Assembly: GCA_002633005.1 (NCBI GenBank)
Contig: NMRA01000001.1
Span: forward strand, 3,641,695 to 3,705,694
DNA from: Phoronis australis
Lineage: Eukaryota > Animalia > Phoronida
Reading direction: 5' to 3'
Length of the DNA: 64,000 nt
The notes under the pieces were generated by a model. The model was given only the letters and a program-made list of their open reading frames with translations. It ran no database searches and was not told the DNA's origin. A program made the translations under genes and the position numbers. How positions within the stretch are numbered: the first letter of the stretch is position 1; the number at the start of each line of letters is the position of its first letter. Positions 1 to 13,900 of the stretch are shown here, piece by piece.

Positions 1-1670
1 TGGCATTATGGTAGCAGGAAAGGTGATAACACGCTGTTGATTGAAACCTCTCTTCCCATTACATTGGATCTGTAAGTGGCGCTGAACGCCGGTCCACCAA
101 AGACCTGGCTAGAGTTCAATAACTCTAGGACCTCGCTAGGACCTCACACACAAGAAAAGCAAGACTTCATGAGATCAGGCGATGTATTGCCATGGGGTAT
201 TCCAAATGAGAGCACGTGATTTTGGCCAGATTTCTTCTAGCCGCGAGACAGCTGCTAAACTCTACACTGATCGCGGCCTGGTGGGATAGTAAATTTCAGC
301 TTGGCGCGGCTATCTCTATTACAGGGAGCTTTCATAAGTGAGTCACCCATTGGTATGGTTTTGCTTCAGAGACGTCACTTTTTGTAGGGGACAATTCCGT
401 ACTAAGTTCTTTCTTCATCTTGTGGATTTTGGACGGCTAAATTTTTAACCCATTAAGATTTAAACAAAATAAGAAGAGATATCAAGCTGTCAAAATGGTT
501 TCATCTTTTACAACCAAAAATTTAAATACCAATGACCAATATTAAACATCCTTAAGTAGAATTGCGTAACAGAGAATGAAATCGGAAATGCACACTTTTG
601 AAGGACATATTAGAAAAGGCACCTCTTCTTTTCATGAAGATGCTCTAATGCCTATACTGTGACTTTCGTAAGCGAAGTCCTACTCTAATAATCGAAGCGT
701 GTAGACAGGGATTTATGAGACTATTCATTCTCGGCCAGTTCCAAATATTTGACTTTTGTCGGTTTTAGGAGGTATGAGCATCAGCTAGGTTTTTCAAGTT
801 TAGGGGTGCATTCGCACAAATATTAAATTTGTTAATTCATGGTCTATAGACAAATTTAATTTACTTTGAAACAGCAGAGACATATGCATTTAAAAGCGAA
901 ATGTTGGGTGGACGTCATTCTAAAAACGGACATTCGACTGTTCATATCTCTGTTGCTTAAAGGTAAATGTAAAGTACCGTGCACACTAAAAGCTACCCTA
1001 GAACAAGTCACTTCTGGAACAAGTTGTCACCAGGATTAGCGGTAGTCTGGACTCTATTTGCACCGGAATAACTTGACACACATGTGACAACTTACCCCAT
1101 CTTGTCGAGGTAGGGTAATGTGTACCAGAAAAAGGCGCAAACATGCAGGCAAGGAGGGACTAATTACCAGCTGTGCGCTTACTCGGTTACACATATAGGT
1201 GTGGGTGTCAAATAATTTTGGGCCACAACTGTCGCACAGCGTTTTGTGTAGACGCTTCCCCCAGGGCAAGTTATTCTAGGACTCGTGCTGTGGATACAAC
1301 TAAACCATAAAATCAGAGTGCAAAGCAAGACTATTTAGTCCATTCAGGAAATTACCAGCAGCCTAGTTTTTAGAGATTCATAATCAAGGTAAAACTGATA
1401 GGTTTCACGCAAAACGACAGTCACGTGACGATACCTGTGAAGATTGCGTAAAGTATCCATGTGTGAATTCGTACTTTTTTCAGGCACTACGGAGGATTAG
1501 AAAGCATATACTTCTATGTGAACGTTGAAAAATTGACGAAACGCGAAATAACTTCGCGAAGGTTAAATGTAGAGACGTCCATCGTGCGCTCTTTTCTTCG
1601 TTTGACAAACTGGGGGCAATTTTGACACACGATGCTTATATCATTCAAGATTTCACAACCAAATATTTAC

Positions 1671-1903
1671 CGGATTGCTTTTTACACAGCGTCATATAAT
1701 CCCTGTTGATAGGACGATCGCCATAGTCCAAATCACCTTTTTCATACTCTACAATGAGTGCTTCACCATCTTCAGGAACTACTTCCATCATTTTAGCTAA
1801 CCAGTCCGACTTTCCGCTGGTAAAATTAGGACCCCAAGGCTGAATACGAGCCAAGCCGAGCCAGAATTTCTTCGAGCACATGGACACAGACTCAGAACAA
1901 TCC
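1671..1903 (-). CDS. Mosaic gene exon: C-terminal half of a C-type lectin-like domain
   Basis: Phase-2 acceptor tttcag matches the previous exon. FWLGL (WIGL-like motif) ... YMTLCKK; gtaaat donor. Confidence 0.75.
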
Positions 1904-4900
1904 CTGAAATTGAATCAGCTTTATTAAGTGGCAAAGGTGTTGATTTTCTTTTGATTTCTACTTCGAAAGGAAAACTAAGTGGGCCTTTATCATTGGTAAT
2001 GCCTTCCTGGTGATACGCAGGTTTAGCGTATCGATACGCTGGTATACAAAAGAGTGGGCACAGTAGCCCGATCATGTTAGCATCGGGTATAGACCTTATT
2101 CACGCAGTCGCCATTTTAGTAGATTAGTGTTTTAAAAACAATGCATTTGAGACATGAATATAACGAGGCACGCGAAAAAATCACACTTTACGCTGTATTT
2201 AATGGCAAAATGCAATGTTTTTAAAAGCTGAAAAGAGGCTCAATTTTAAAAGGGCGACCGCGTGAATACGGTGTACAGAACCCAATCGGCGTTATCAGCC
2301 GAAGATCGCCCGATAATTTATGAGAAACGAATGGACAAGTAGAACACACGAAACTGATGACGATTTATAATTCAGACTAGAGTTAATTAAGGTGTGACTG
2401 GTTAAGCGAGGTAATTTGTATTTGAAAATGATTTGAAAAATTAGATGGAAAACTTTATTTTCCATGTCACCGAGGACAAGCAAAAGAAAAAGAACCCAAA
2501 AATCAACAGACGTAAAGCGCAATTTCTACTCCACAGTAACCTAGGTAAAAATACCGCTGCCAGGTGCGGAAGATTACGGAGCACCCAGCCATCCCTCGCC
2601 GTTTCCCTTCGCCACCCGGCAAATGTCGCGCTGCTTCTCCAGTTGCCGTTTGCGTCGTCCCCCCCCCCCCCNCCCCCCCCCAGTTGTCATCAGATATGCG
2701 CCACTAATTAGCGCTGCCCCACTGAGTCGTGCCAATTTCATGTACCGCTCCCGGTCGCTTGCAAAGCCCTTATCATCCCGTCGGTGTCACCCCCAACGGT
2801 GAATCACCTCCTTGCTACGCCACTGCATTTTTACCATTAGCCACTGTACCTCAGATATGCCTTGATTTCATTAACTTCGTTTTCATCGATGAAATCTGCC
2901 AAATGACCATCTTGGGACACGCAAAATTCTTCTGCTGCAGCAAAGTTTCTTTCGATCGTCAAGTCATGAAGAAAGCACGCGTCGTTTACACCTCTCTTCC
3001 ACTTGCCTTCGCAAAGCAGTTCATCGACACCTACGAAAACATACGCTTTTAGAACCAATAACCCAATGTGGACATCGTGATTCTAAAACACTAAAACATT
3101 CAATTTGTTTTAGATGTGTAGAGCCAGCTACAGGGACCCTGTTCCTGGTTACATGAAACAGTCTCAAATAGGGACTCAACTTAGTTCTCTAAATCTTTTG
3201 CGTATTTGTTTGGTTTTTACGTAGAGTTCACTCTCGATTTGTATCAGAGTCAAAAATTGACTTTGTATTGAGACACAAACATCATAAGAAAGGACGCTCA
3301 TTGTTTTCTCAATCCCACAAATACGCAGTAGATTTTCGGAACTTTAATGAACCCCTATTAGGACTGTTTCATGCATCGGGGCACTTGAACACTCACGTAC
3401 AATCACCTTTTACTTTCACATTCATTAGGTCACGAATCAGACCTCAAAAAGCCCAAGGAGTTGGCAAGCAAAGATGACGTTGCTTAAGACGTCCGAATGA
3501 CAATATCAAAACTTTCTTCCGTTATATCAGATCGTAGCTGCTACAAATTCAGTAATTTGTTAATTCTGTCACATCACAATCTACGACTTTCCTCCACTCA
3601 ATTCACCTTTTTCAATCAGATTTCAATCAAATAAATTAAGGTATTAAGTCACATTATTGGAAATTAATTAACAATGCGGACTTGTATAAAGAGATGTCTA
3701 GTTAAGTGGACCTAATCTGAAAAAAATCGAAATTATATTTGTCTCGTGCCGTTCACGACCACAACGGTTCATGCACTGATATTTAGATGATAACAGTATA
3801 ATATTCAAGAGCGCCATCAATAAGAAACTGTTACCACATTCAGGCTTCGTCGACAAATTAGGCGGAACGCAGACACTGTTCCCCATAACTTTTTATTCCC
3901 CTGCCGTTTTAACAACACAAAGCCTTCAGAGTAACGAATTGTTACGCCTTTATTATTTATGTTCACTAACAGAGTGACCTAGAACTTCTTGGACCTAATT
4001 AATTTTCTATAATTCTTACTAGGTGCCGTGGTCCACCCAAACTGGAACCCACGACCTGCAGTGCTATTGTCCGATTTAAATTCCATGTAAACATGATTCA
4101 GTTTCGTAAAAAATGCATTGGGCACTCCTTGTTTATTGCAGTATCTTCCAATAAGGGGCGATGCGGTTGAATTTCCGTCATGGATAACCAAAGCGTCATA
4201 TTCACAGTCATTGTTCAAGCCAGCCTGAACTTTGAACTGTGAGAAGCGGATAACCAGTACCTACAAAACAAACACGTTCATTCGTGAGCCAACCATCAGT
4301 CACTTTAAAGGAGAATGCCACCCGCTTTAATTAGTCTTTTTACCGTCTTAATCGGTCTATATCCACATCGCCTCTTATGCGGTCGACCTCATCTTGCCGA
4401 GAGGTATCACGTTAACCTGTGAGGAACGTGAGAAACGACGCAGCGACGTCAGTGGTTCGTCTGCAGAGTGAATGCCGCTATATTGCGGTGCATCGTTCTC
4501 GCTTGTCCTAACTATGAAGCTGCGAAGAAAGCGTTTTTTCGATTTCCTCGAGAGCCCGAAATGCTTAGGAAGTGGCTCGCGGTAGTGAACTGAGAATGAA
4601 AGGTACGCTGTTAATAGCAAGTATGAGGCCGCGAAACATCTCCGTGTCTGTGGCCGGCATTTCGTCGACAGTAATCTCTCTGACGAATAGCTCACTTGCG
4701 AGTTTCTCGTTAGTCAATGTGACGTCACCGGAAAAGGGGCAAAACCCGCCATATTGGTCTTGTTTGGCCCCGAGTCTTTGCTACACACGCTAAATTTTAC
4801 TGAGTTCATATGGTGAATTTTACGCTTAAAACGTTAACACAACTTAAAAGATAGTAGATGGATCGTGGAATAACTGTGAATGGACGAAGAAAATGTGAAC

Positions 4901-7900
4901 TTGTTATGTTGTGCGAAGCTGTGAACGGACTGAAATTGGAACTCAACCCGGTCTAGGCCTGAATGCCGCAAGCATACAGGAGCGATAGTTTATCCCCATA
5001 AAAACTTACTCACTTCAAAATACAGCAAATAAAATCAAATGAAACATGCATATGTGCACATGGACTTATAATTAATTAACACATACCCTGACTCTGGATA
5101 CAATTTAATCTACAAATAACTTGAACCTATCCATGAAAACCTCGCGGTTCGCTCAAGTTTCTCTCACAGGGCGCCATTTTGAGAAAGTTACGTGAAATCA
5201 CGAACAATAAGTCCAAAGAAAACAAATCTTACAAATTCACTTGATACGTTCTCATGTTATTTTGCAAGTGTCACGCGCCAGGTCTCGCGCTTCACTCAGT
5301 CTCGCGCTAGCCTTTGCCTCATACTCACCCGACAAGTTGAACTACTTTGTGGTTATCGCGCGTGCGGTTTAAGTTAACAGTAACCACAATGTGGAGTTGG
5401 AATTGTTCGCCAAAGTCACCTGAATTCCCGTAGCTATGCTTCTTCGAAGATATGTTTAGAAGTAGAAAGGACAACTGGAGAAAGTAAGCGTCTTTTTAGG
5501 TGACAATTTTAGATGTAGAATGTATTTTTGACGTGGTGAAAACTTAATCAGTAAGCGGATTTCGCCTATCGCCCGTTTAAAATACACGAAACGAAATTAG
5601 TACAAAACGCGATAGAACGTATTGTAGTGCGAATCTGAATTTCATTTGCCATAACAGCAATGCTTGTTTGGCATTTTTCGAACTAAACGGCCAAAAAGTG
5701 GAAGAAAATAACAGAATACACTCTGCTAACGTATTGGGCAAATGAGCCAAACGACAAGCTTTTGCCCCACTTCCCGTGACGTCACAGTTAAGTCTCACGT
5801 AATCTCGCGTTATTGTTATAAACTCGCAAAAGGACTATTCTCTAGTATTTCTTGATCAATGTATTCCTGTTCGAACTGGTTGCCTGTGAAACCTAACGAT
5901 CCGACCAGTGAAGTCTTCGTCGGATGAGCACTTCACTAAGTCGGGATTGGCGCCGAGCGAGTTGCCATGTAGACGGGTGGCATTCTCCTTTAAATGCTAA
6001 GCAAGGCTTTAAGCATTTAGTTCGTAAGCCAACATATCGGCGTGTATTATCTAATGAACAAGTCGTCAAAATTAACTCAACATAGTTACTACAGCCGGAA
6101 ATTTTCGGTAGAAAAAAAACAAAACAGATATGAAGTCCAGTTTTCAAGAACAGATATGACCACTTGACTTTTACATCCGAAATTTTTTAGAGGTTTCCTA
6201 AAAGCTGTGGATTTCCATGCGAAATACGAAATTCAAAACTTAGAAGAGTATTGTACCATTAAACGTTTATTTAGGTAAAAATGTCGATTTTCAATCCTTA
6301 TTTATGCAGGTCCAATTCACATAACCTCAGACTGAAGTGGTTGAACAAACACTCTTGTACTGACTTCACAAACTTCAGTACAGTTTGATATTAGGCTACC
6401 AGTGATTTTGTTATCTCTGTACGAAGGCCTTTACATGATTACCAAAATGAACGACTTCGTTAATTCCCTTCCCAGTGTTATAAGAACTAGTTTAACCGCA
6501 GTACTCCTTTAATTACAGATTGAAATACAATGCGTTTATTATTGTAAACGTAAATTATCTCAAAAATTCAGAAACACACAAACAGATTGCATGTGAACAG
6601 TACTCAGTATCTTTTGAAAGATTTGCGCTGTTTCACATTTGCCAAAGCGGATGGCAGGAATATAGTAAGCCTAATGTATTCATACATTCCCTGGTGTTGT
6701 TGATATGCGCCATACACACAACGCGTTGTTGGGGTAGTGGTGGTTTGCCGTAAACGGATATTTCACAGATCCATTTTCCTTGTTTAGTTCACCGCCACAC
6801 GCTGGAAGCAAAAAATATTTGTCATTATTGCGCAGACAAAAAACAGTTTGTACGTTTTATGAACAGAGATTAGACGGACTAACGCTATATTTTCCTTTTT
6901 AGCCGGCCTCCGACCGATATTCACCAACAAATGCTGAGGCAATCAGATATGTGAATTAGCTAAATATCTTAGTTTGCACTCAATCACCTTTGACCTTTTT
7001 ATTCTGATAGGATGACCCCATTACTTAGAAAAGTGATAAATTTGATTGGCATGGAGACTTACACCTGTACACTGAAATTGAAAAGAAATTCTTGAAAAAT
7101 GTAGGAGAATATCAAATGACCTTTGAACTTATTGGCCACTTCCGGTGCATTATGAGTTAAAATATGATGCATTATAGAATTTATGGATGGCTCAAACTTA
7201 AGTGGAAAGTTTTAAAGTTGAAAGTTGAGTCGTTTGAGAGTTATCATAGAATTCATAGAACCCTGGAATGCCAACTCTCGTACGTGACCTACGTATTCTA
7301 TAATTAGAGCTAACGCGACCCCGAGACTAGCCGCGAGAGTTTGCACTGAGAATTTCCAGCTGCCTGTTATTATCATTCGTTAAGAGAGATTCTTGAGGTA
7401 CGGTTCCATACAAGCAGCGAATTCTCGGCAAAATTAGTCAACAAACTCGGCAATTACACTGGTCATTCTTTATAAGCACCGACTTGTACCTAAAAAATAT
7501 CTGGTGAGCTGGTTGAATTCTGTTTCAGTGGCAGAGAACCACCCTGCATAATGCAATTTAGTCTGATTGTAGCATTCCAGGGCCCAGAATCTAATCTTTG
7601 CACTAGAAACGAACTCAAAATTATTTTTGCAATTTCTCTGCTACTTTAGTGCGAACTCAAGATAAGTGTTTGTTAGACTGTACTGGGATACATTATAATT
7701 TAGGCATGTTGAGTTTCTAGTCCAAGTTTCCACTTGATGACCCTTATATTCGTGCTACAAACTCGAGTAAAAATTCGAAATTTCGAGTTCAAACTTTAAC
7801 TTTTAGCCGTAACGTTGGGTTTATCAACTGCAAACTAGGACTAAAAATTACCCACGTATGTCATTATGTACTCGAGCATAAAATAAAAGACACTTATCCT

Positions 7901-10900
7901 GAGTTCGCACAAAAATATAGTTGAAAATGCCAAGCATAATTTCGACTTCCATTTCGAGTAAAAAGATTGGGCCCTGGTCTCTTTAAGATTATGTAGGACT
8001 ATATCGACAAGCTGTACGTTTTGCCAAATATCTACAAAACTATAGAATTTAACTCACCAAAAGTACATATTTTCTGACTGTAGAAACTTCGTAGTCGAGT
8101 TTTGACTTCATACCAATCTGCCACTAATTGGGCCACGTGACCTTGCTTTTTTAAGAAAATTTAGCAGAAAACAAAGTTCCATTTATAGCAAAACAACAGG
8201 ATCAATAATATGACCAAATTTCATATGATAGAAAGATAAAATCTCAAAATTCTCTAACAGTTTTCTAAATTGTAGTTTCGTTTTCGTTTTCTGCAACTTT
8301 ATTTTTTTCTGAAAAATCATGTCAGCCCTATATTTGATAGCCGCACGTGCAAGAGTGGGACATTTTAAAAACATTTCCTAACAGCGATTTGAAGAATAGT
8401 GCATAAAGCATAGTATTTGAAAGTTTCATATGAACCTGATCAGCTAGTTTTGAGACACAATGTTCCGAAGTTGGACAAACTTGGATATTTTTCCAGAGTC
8501 TTACATGACTTCAAGGTGGACCAGTGGCAGATATGCAAATCATAGGCATTTAAAAGGTCTATAGTTCTATCTTGTATTAGGTGAAGTAAATTGACTGTCA
8601 TCAAAAATTTATCAAATGAATTCATTTGCCGCAATTTCATCGCGTCATTTTTTTTTTGAAAAGTAATCCAGACTTGCTACAATTTGTAAGCCACAGAGGC
8701 TTAAATTAATAATTAAGTGATTTACTACTTGGATAAGCCTTTTTATCCCATATATATGAAAATATGGCCATTGTATATGTGACGTATTCAACTGTGATAT
8801 ACGGGAAAGTAGAGCCAATCCGTATATCACGGTAGAAGCCGTATTCAACGGTAGAAGCCGTATTTCCGTTGGTGTGCAGTCTGCTGGTGGAGTAAATTCG
8901 CGTATACAACGACAAATTTTATTGGGCTCAATCATTTGGGTTTCATAAACCATTAATTCAAGGCATCGTTCCTGAAAAAGCAGTTTTACTGCTCTAAAAA
9001 CAGAAAAGATGAAAATTCCGACGCACGGTGATCAGGCGGCTATTTTTGGGGCTCGCTGAAGTTTCAATCTGGGTCCTCATACATATAAATAGGTCAAACT
9101 AAGTAAGGTCACCGGCTAGTAAAATCTGCCAAAATCTAATTCAAATCCAGCAAAAACGTTTCGTTTTGGATGCATACAGTATATCAACCCTGAGATCTAA
9201 GGTTTTTGCAGGACATCAAGACCTAATAACGAATATGTGCTTCTTTACTGAGGCAATCGTCTGCTCGCAGCGTTCAACTCTCCGCTGCCGGCAGAATAGA
9301 GAATCTTAACCAAGCACCTTGACCTACATTCTACAGCTGCTGATGTCACACGAGGGATGGCGCGTGCTTTGCCACAGGTCACGAGAGTTCATCAACCAGG
9401 ATCCGAAGACGAAGTGTATCTCACGGCTGATGGGTGGCGAATTTGAGTGGAAAAGATTTTTTTGTGTCTGACGTTGAATCAACTCTTTGTTTTAAAACCC
9501 CTTTTCATATTATTATTAACATACAAAAATTACGCAATTGCGTAGGCGCACTTAAAACTCAGCGCGTGGCGTAAGGAAAAGCTATGAGGGTATTTCATTG
9601 CTCAAAAGTTGTGTCATTGGTGCGAAAGCGAAAGTTGTAGCCCAGCTAGAATGTTGCAAACCTTTGGAGAGCATGTGCCTCCTGACTTTGCCACCACACC
9701 ACTGAGCTTTTAAATACACCAGCGCTATAAATCCATGTTCCGTCCCATGATTTTGGCAACTTTAATCACCACCCATATTTTTTTGCTTGATTATACATGT
9801 ACATGTTAGGTTTTCATTCTCTTTAGATATTTTCGGTCTTCAGTGTTTCGATAACCAACAGCAGACACAACATCAGCTAATGGTCCACCTAAGAGTGAAG
9901 CACTGAGCTCATCATGTTACAACGGCGGTGTGACGTCAACAGATGTAGAATGTAGGTCAAGGTGCTTGGTCAAGATTCTCCATTCTGCCATTGGCAGAAG
10001 CCAGTGTACCGACATTTATACGCTATGAAAAATAAGACGCATAATTTCCATAAAAACGATATTTTAATTCAGTGAAATTTTTCTCTCTCGTGTTCTCTCA
10101 CTTTTAAATCACTGATCTCCAATTTGAATGCGGGTATCGTGTCGTCGGGATCCTTTGACTTGAGCATTATACTCAATTACTAGTAGTGGTAACCTACTTT
10201 AGCAGACGATATTTTTCCGGTCGAAGCTTAGCGTGATAAAATGTTTAGTAAGCTATAATAGTTGGTGAACATTAATTTATAGATTCACTTTATTTTGATT
10301 TTGTTTAAGCTTGCAATTGGTTTTGAGTAAAAGCATTATTTGACAAAATACCTCGGCTTTTCTTAAAAGGTCATGACCTCCGACCCCGGGCCTCTGACAT
10401 ACAAAGTACTTACAAAGCTGAGGCGAGTCGAGAAGGGTAGATCGATTCATTGCAATGTTTGTCGTTCAGTATGTGGTATAAATAGATTATTACATGTTCT
10501 CAGTCGTTATCACCCTTATCTAGAGCCCTCGTGGATTTTGTAGAGTTATCACCCTCCGGGCTGACGCCCCTCGGGCGATAATTCTCCAAAATCCATTCGG
10601 GCTCTAGATAACGGGGAATACGACTTCGCCATGTAATAATCTATATTTATACAACAATGTTAGCGTCAAATGGCAAATACAACCGTGTAATAACCCATTT
10701 AGTTATCTCACTAGTGAGATAACATTTTGGCGGGAAACCGAGGCCGGTTTCGAACCCGGGCCTCAAGAGTTTCGAGTCGCCGACTTTACCATTACACCAC
10801 TCAGCGGCTGACGTCATCGAACGTGAAAATAGAATACTTAAATGAGCACGCGCAACAATCGCATGTTCAGCAAAGGGCATTGTACCGACATTTATACGCA

Positions 10901-13900
10901 ATGAAAAATAAGACACATAATTTCAAAAAAAAACGATATCTTAATCCAGTGAAATTTTTCTCTCGTGTTCTCTCACTTGTAAATCACTGATCTCCAATTT
11001 GAATGCGGGTATCGTGTCGTCGGGATCCTTTGACTTGAGCATTATACTCAGTTACTAGTGGTAACCTACTTTAGCAGACTATATTTTCTCGGCCGAAGCT
11101 TAGCATGATAAAATGTTTAGTAAGCTATAATAGTTGGTAAACCTTAATTTATAGATTCACTTTATTCCTATTTTGTTTAAATTTTCAATTGGTTTTCACT
11201 TGGTTTTGAGTAAAAGCATTATTTGACAAAAATAGCTCGGTTTTACTTAAAAGTTCACGACCTCCGACCTCGGGCCTCTGACATAGAAAGTAGTTACCAA
11301 GCCGAGGCGAGTCGAGAAAAGTAGATCGATTCATTGCAATGTTTGTCGTTCAGTATGTGGTATAAATAGATTGTTACATGTTCTCAGTCATTATCCCCCT
11401 TATCTAGAGCTCTCGTGGATTTTGTAGAGTTATCACCGTCCGGGCTGACGCCCCTCGGGCGATAATTAGGGCTCTAGATAACGGGGGATAACGACTTTGC
11501 CATGTAATAATCTATGTATACCACAATTGTGAAGTGCCAGCGTGACACCATATTTTTGTCTTAAGTTTTGCCATTTTTCATGAAACACACCTGTTATAAG
11601 CCTTTTCTGTTTGTCGTTTTCTCGCGGTTACAAAATAAAGCACGAAAAGTACCATAGAATCATACACACCGTGACGAACCACCAAGAAGCTAAGAATCAT
11701 GCATACGAACCCACGAATCATGCATACGAATCCAAAAACTACACAAGTCATATGCACGAGCATCCGGAACATATACGCACCACCAAATGATTAAGTGTTC
11801 GTGCGTGTGATTCGATAATCGTGTGTATGATTTTGTGTTCGTATGCATTATTTTTGTGGTTAGTGGGCATGATTTTTGTTCGTATGCGTGATTTTGGGTT
11901 CACATGCATGATTCATGGGTTCGTATGCATGATTCATAGGTGCGTATGTGGTTCGTGCGTAAGATGCGATGCTCGTGCGTATGATTCTATGGTACCCCTG
12001 ATATGTAATTGCACGTATCATTTGTCATACCAGTCTTTGACTAAGTACTAGTCCACGAGAGCACCAACCATGAGCGGCAAGGTGGGGGTCAGCCGATTTT
12101 CACCAAATTTGGCACATATGTAGTCCTATGGGATCTATAAACAGCGGTAAAATATTTCCTCAAAATATTGCGTTTTTCTAAAGTTATAGGTTCAAACACA
12201 TTTTACGACTTCGCAGCCATGTTTTCACGGTATGAAAACTGTCCAGTTTTAACTGTTCATATTTTTCCTTGAATGAAAGCTATTGATTTATTATTCACTT
12301 GGCATTGTTTAGTGGAGCCTATAGATTGTTACACAGATGTCTTTTGAAACACGATTCCGATTTACCACCCTCATTTAGTAGTTTTACTACACTGCCCCCC
12401 GTTATGCCATTTTGAGGTTGTGTTCAGTACACTGCTGTACCAAATCTGCCCCCACTGTTATGAGAATGAAACTTAGCCAAAATGTTGACAAAACATGNNN
12501 NNNNNNNNNNNNNNNNNNNNNNNNNNNNNNNNNNNNNNNNNNNNNNNNNNNNNNNNNNNNNNNNNNNNNNNNNNNNNNNNNNNNNNNNNNNNNNNNNNNN
12601 NNNNNNNNNNNNNNNAGCCGATTGAACATGCCTTTCAGTTCAGCAAAAGTCGCCATGTTGTCGGTGCCGCCAGAAATGAGACGAAGTCCAACAGGAATTG
12701 TGAGCACATTTATCACTTATTGAGTAACAACTGCGAGCCTGAAATTTGGTGAACACTGTTGAATCGTGCAAAATAGTAAGTAAAGATAAGTCTAACTAAA
12801 TTTCATCGTAATTTGTTGGCGAAAACAATTTACACAAAGTTTTAAACTCGTAACTTATCCCGCTGTCCTCCAATATGGCCGACGCGATCCAAACAAAGTG
12901 ACCCAAACTTCGCCACAAAAATTGCAATATCTTTACTCTGCTTGCCCCGATTTTTATACTTTTCGATTTTTTCTGAGTACAATGCACTAACTTTCCGATG
13001 ATAGCAAAGTACTTTTTCAAAATGACAAAAAAATCAAAACGAAAAAAATTGGTTAGGTTCGACCGGCCTCGTGGATTTTGTAGAGTTATAATTCGGGCTC
13101 TAGATAACGGGGGATAACGTCTTTGCCATGATGTAATAATCTATGTATACCACAGCTGTGAAGTTCCAACGTGACACCATATTTTTGTCTTAAGTTTTGC
13201 CATTTTTCATGAAACACGCCTGTTATAAGCCTTTTCTGTTTGTCATTTTCTCGTGGTTACAAAATAAAGCACGAAAAGTACCATAAAATCATACACACGA
13301 ACCACCTAGAAGCTAAGAATCATGCATACGAACCCACGAATCATGCATACGAATCCAAAAACTACACATACGAACACAAGTCACATGCACGAGCATCCGG
13401 AACATATACGTCGCAGACCAAGTAGGCTACCCGACCTAGTGAGCTTGGTCGGCTTACACGGTCGGACCTCGCAGACCAAGTAGATACCTCCGACCAAGTG
13501 GCAATGTACCGTTGATATCCGAATGTTTACCATTGTGTTAATAATATGAACGGTTATATCCCTAGAAATACGGGGCTTTCGAAAATAGATTTCATTTTTA
13601 TGAGCATGTTATCATTAGGATCTCGTGAAGCGCCAAAATAATTCTGGCCAACAAAAAACTTCATTTTAATGTTTTGAACAGGAAATAGAGTAAGCAACTG
13701 CTTGAGTCACGGGCAGGCGGGATACGAGCACCCATGATAATACGCCACGCATCAAACATTTAGATTCCACATCATCTTTTCATCTGCTTTTTCACATTTT
13801 CGACCTATAACCGTTTTTCGTGCTTTTCATTAATTGTTAGAAAACCATTACGGAACTTGGCTCGACACCGACCCCTGGCCTTAGCAACGCCGCGGCGGGG

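Noticed and set aside
1-1486. Further exons of the mosaic gene (candidates 1486-1435 and 69-<1)
   Set aside because: Splice-like sites exist and phases can be made to fit, but no domain motif supports them. Left unannotated.
1797-2075. 92-aa minus-strand ORF as a separate protein
   Set aside because: It overlaps the intron and acceptor of the CTLD exon in a different frame and has no recognisable motif.
4309-5989. piggyBac assignment for the TTAA-flanked element
   Set aside because: piggyBac termini typically begin CC(C/Y). These begin AG and end CT, which fits Kolobok better.
10737-10805. Functional tRNA gene (apparent CGA anticodon)
   Set aside because: The anticodon stem does not pair and there is no long variable arm expected for tRNA-Ser. 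Treated as tRNA-derived.
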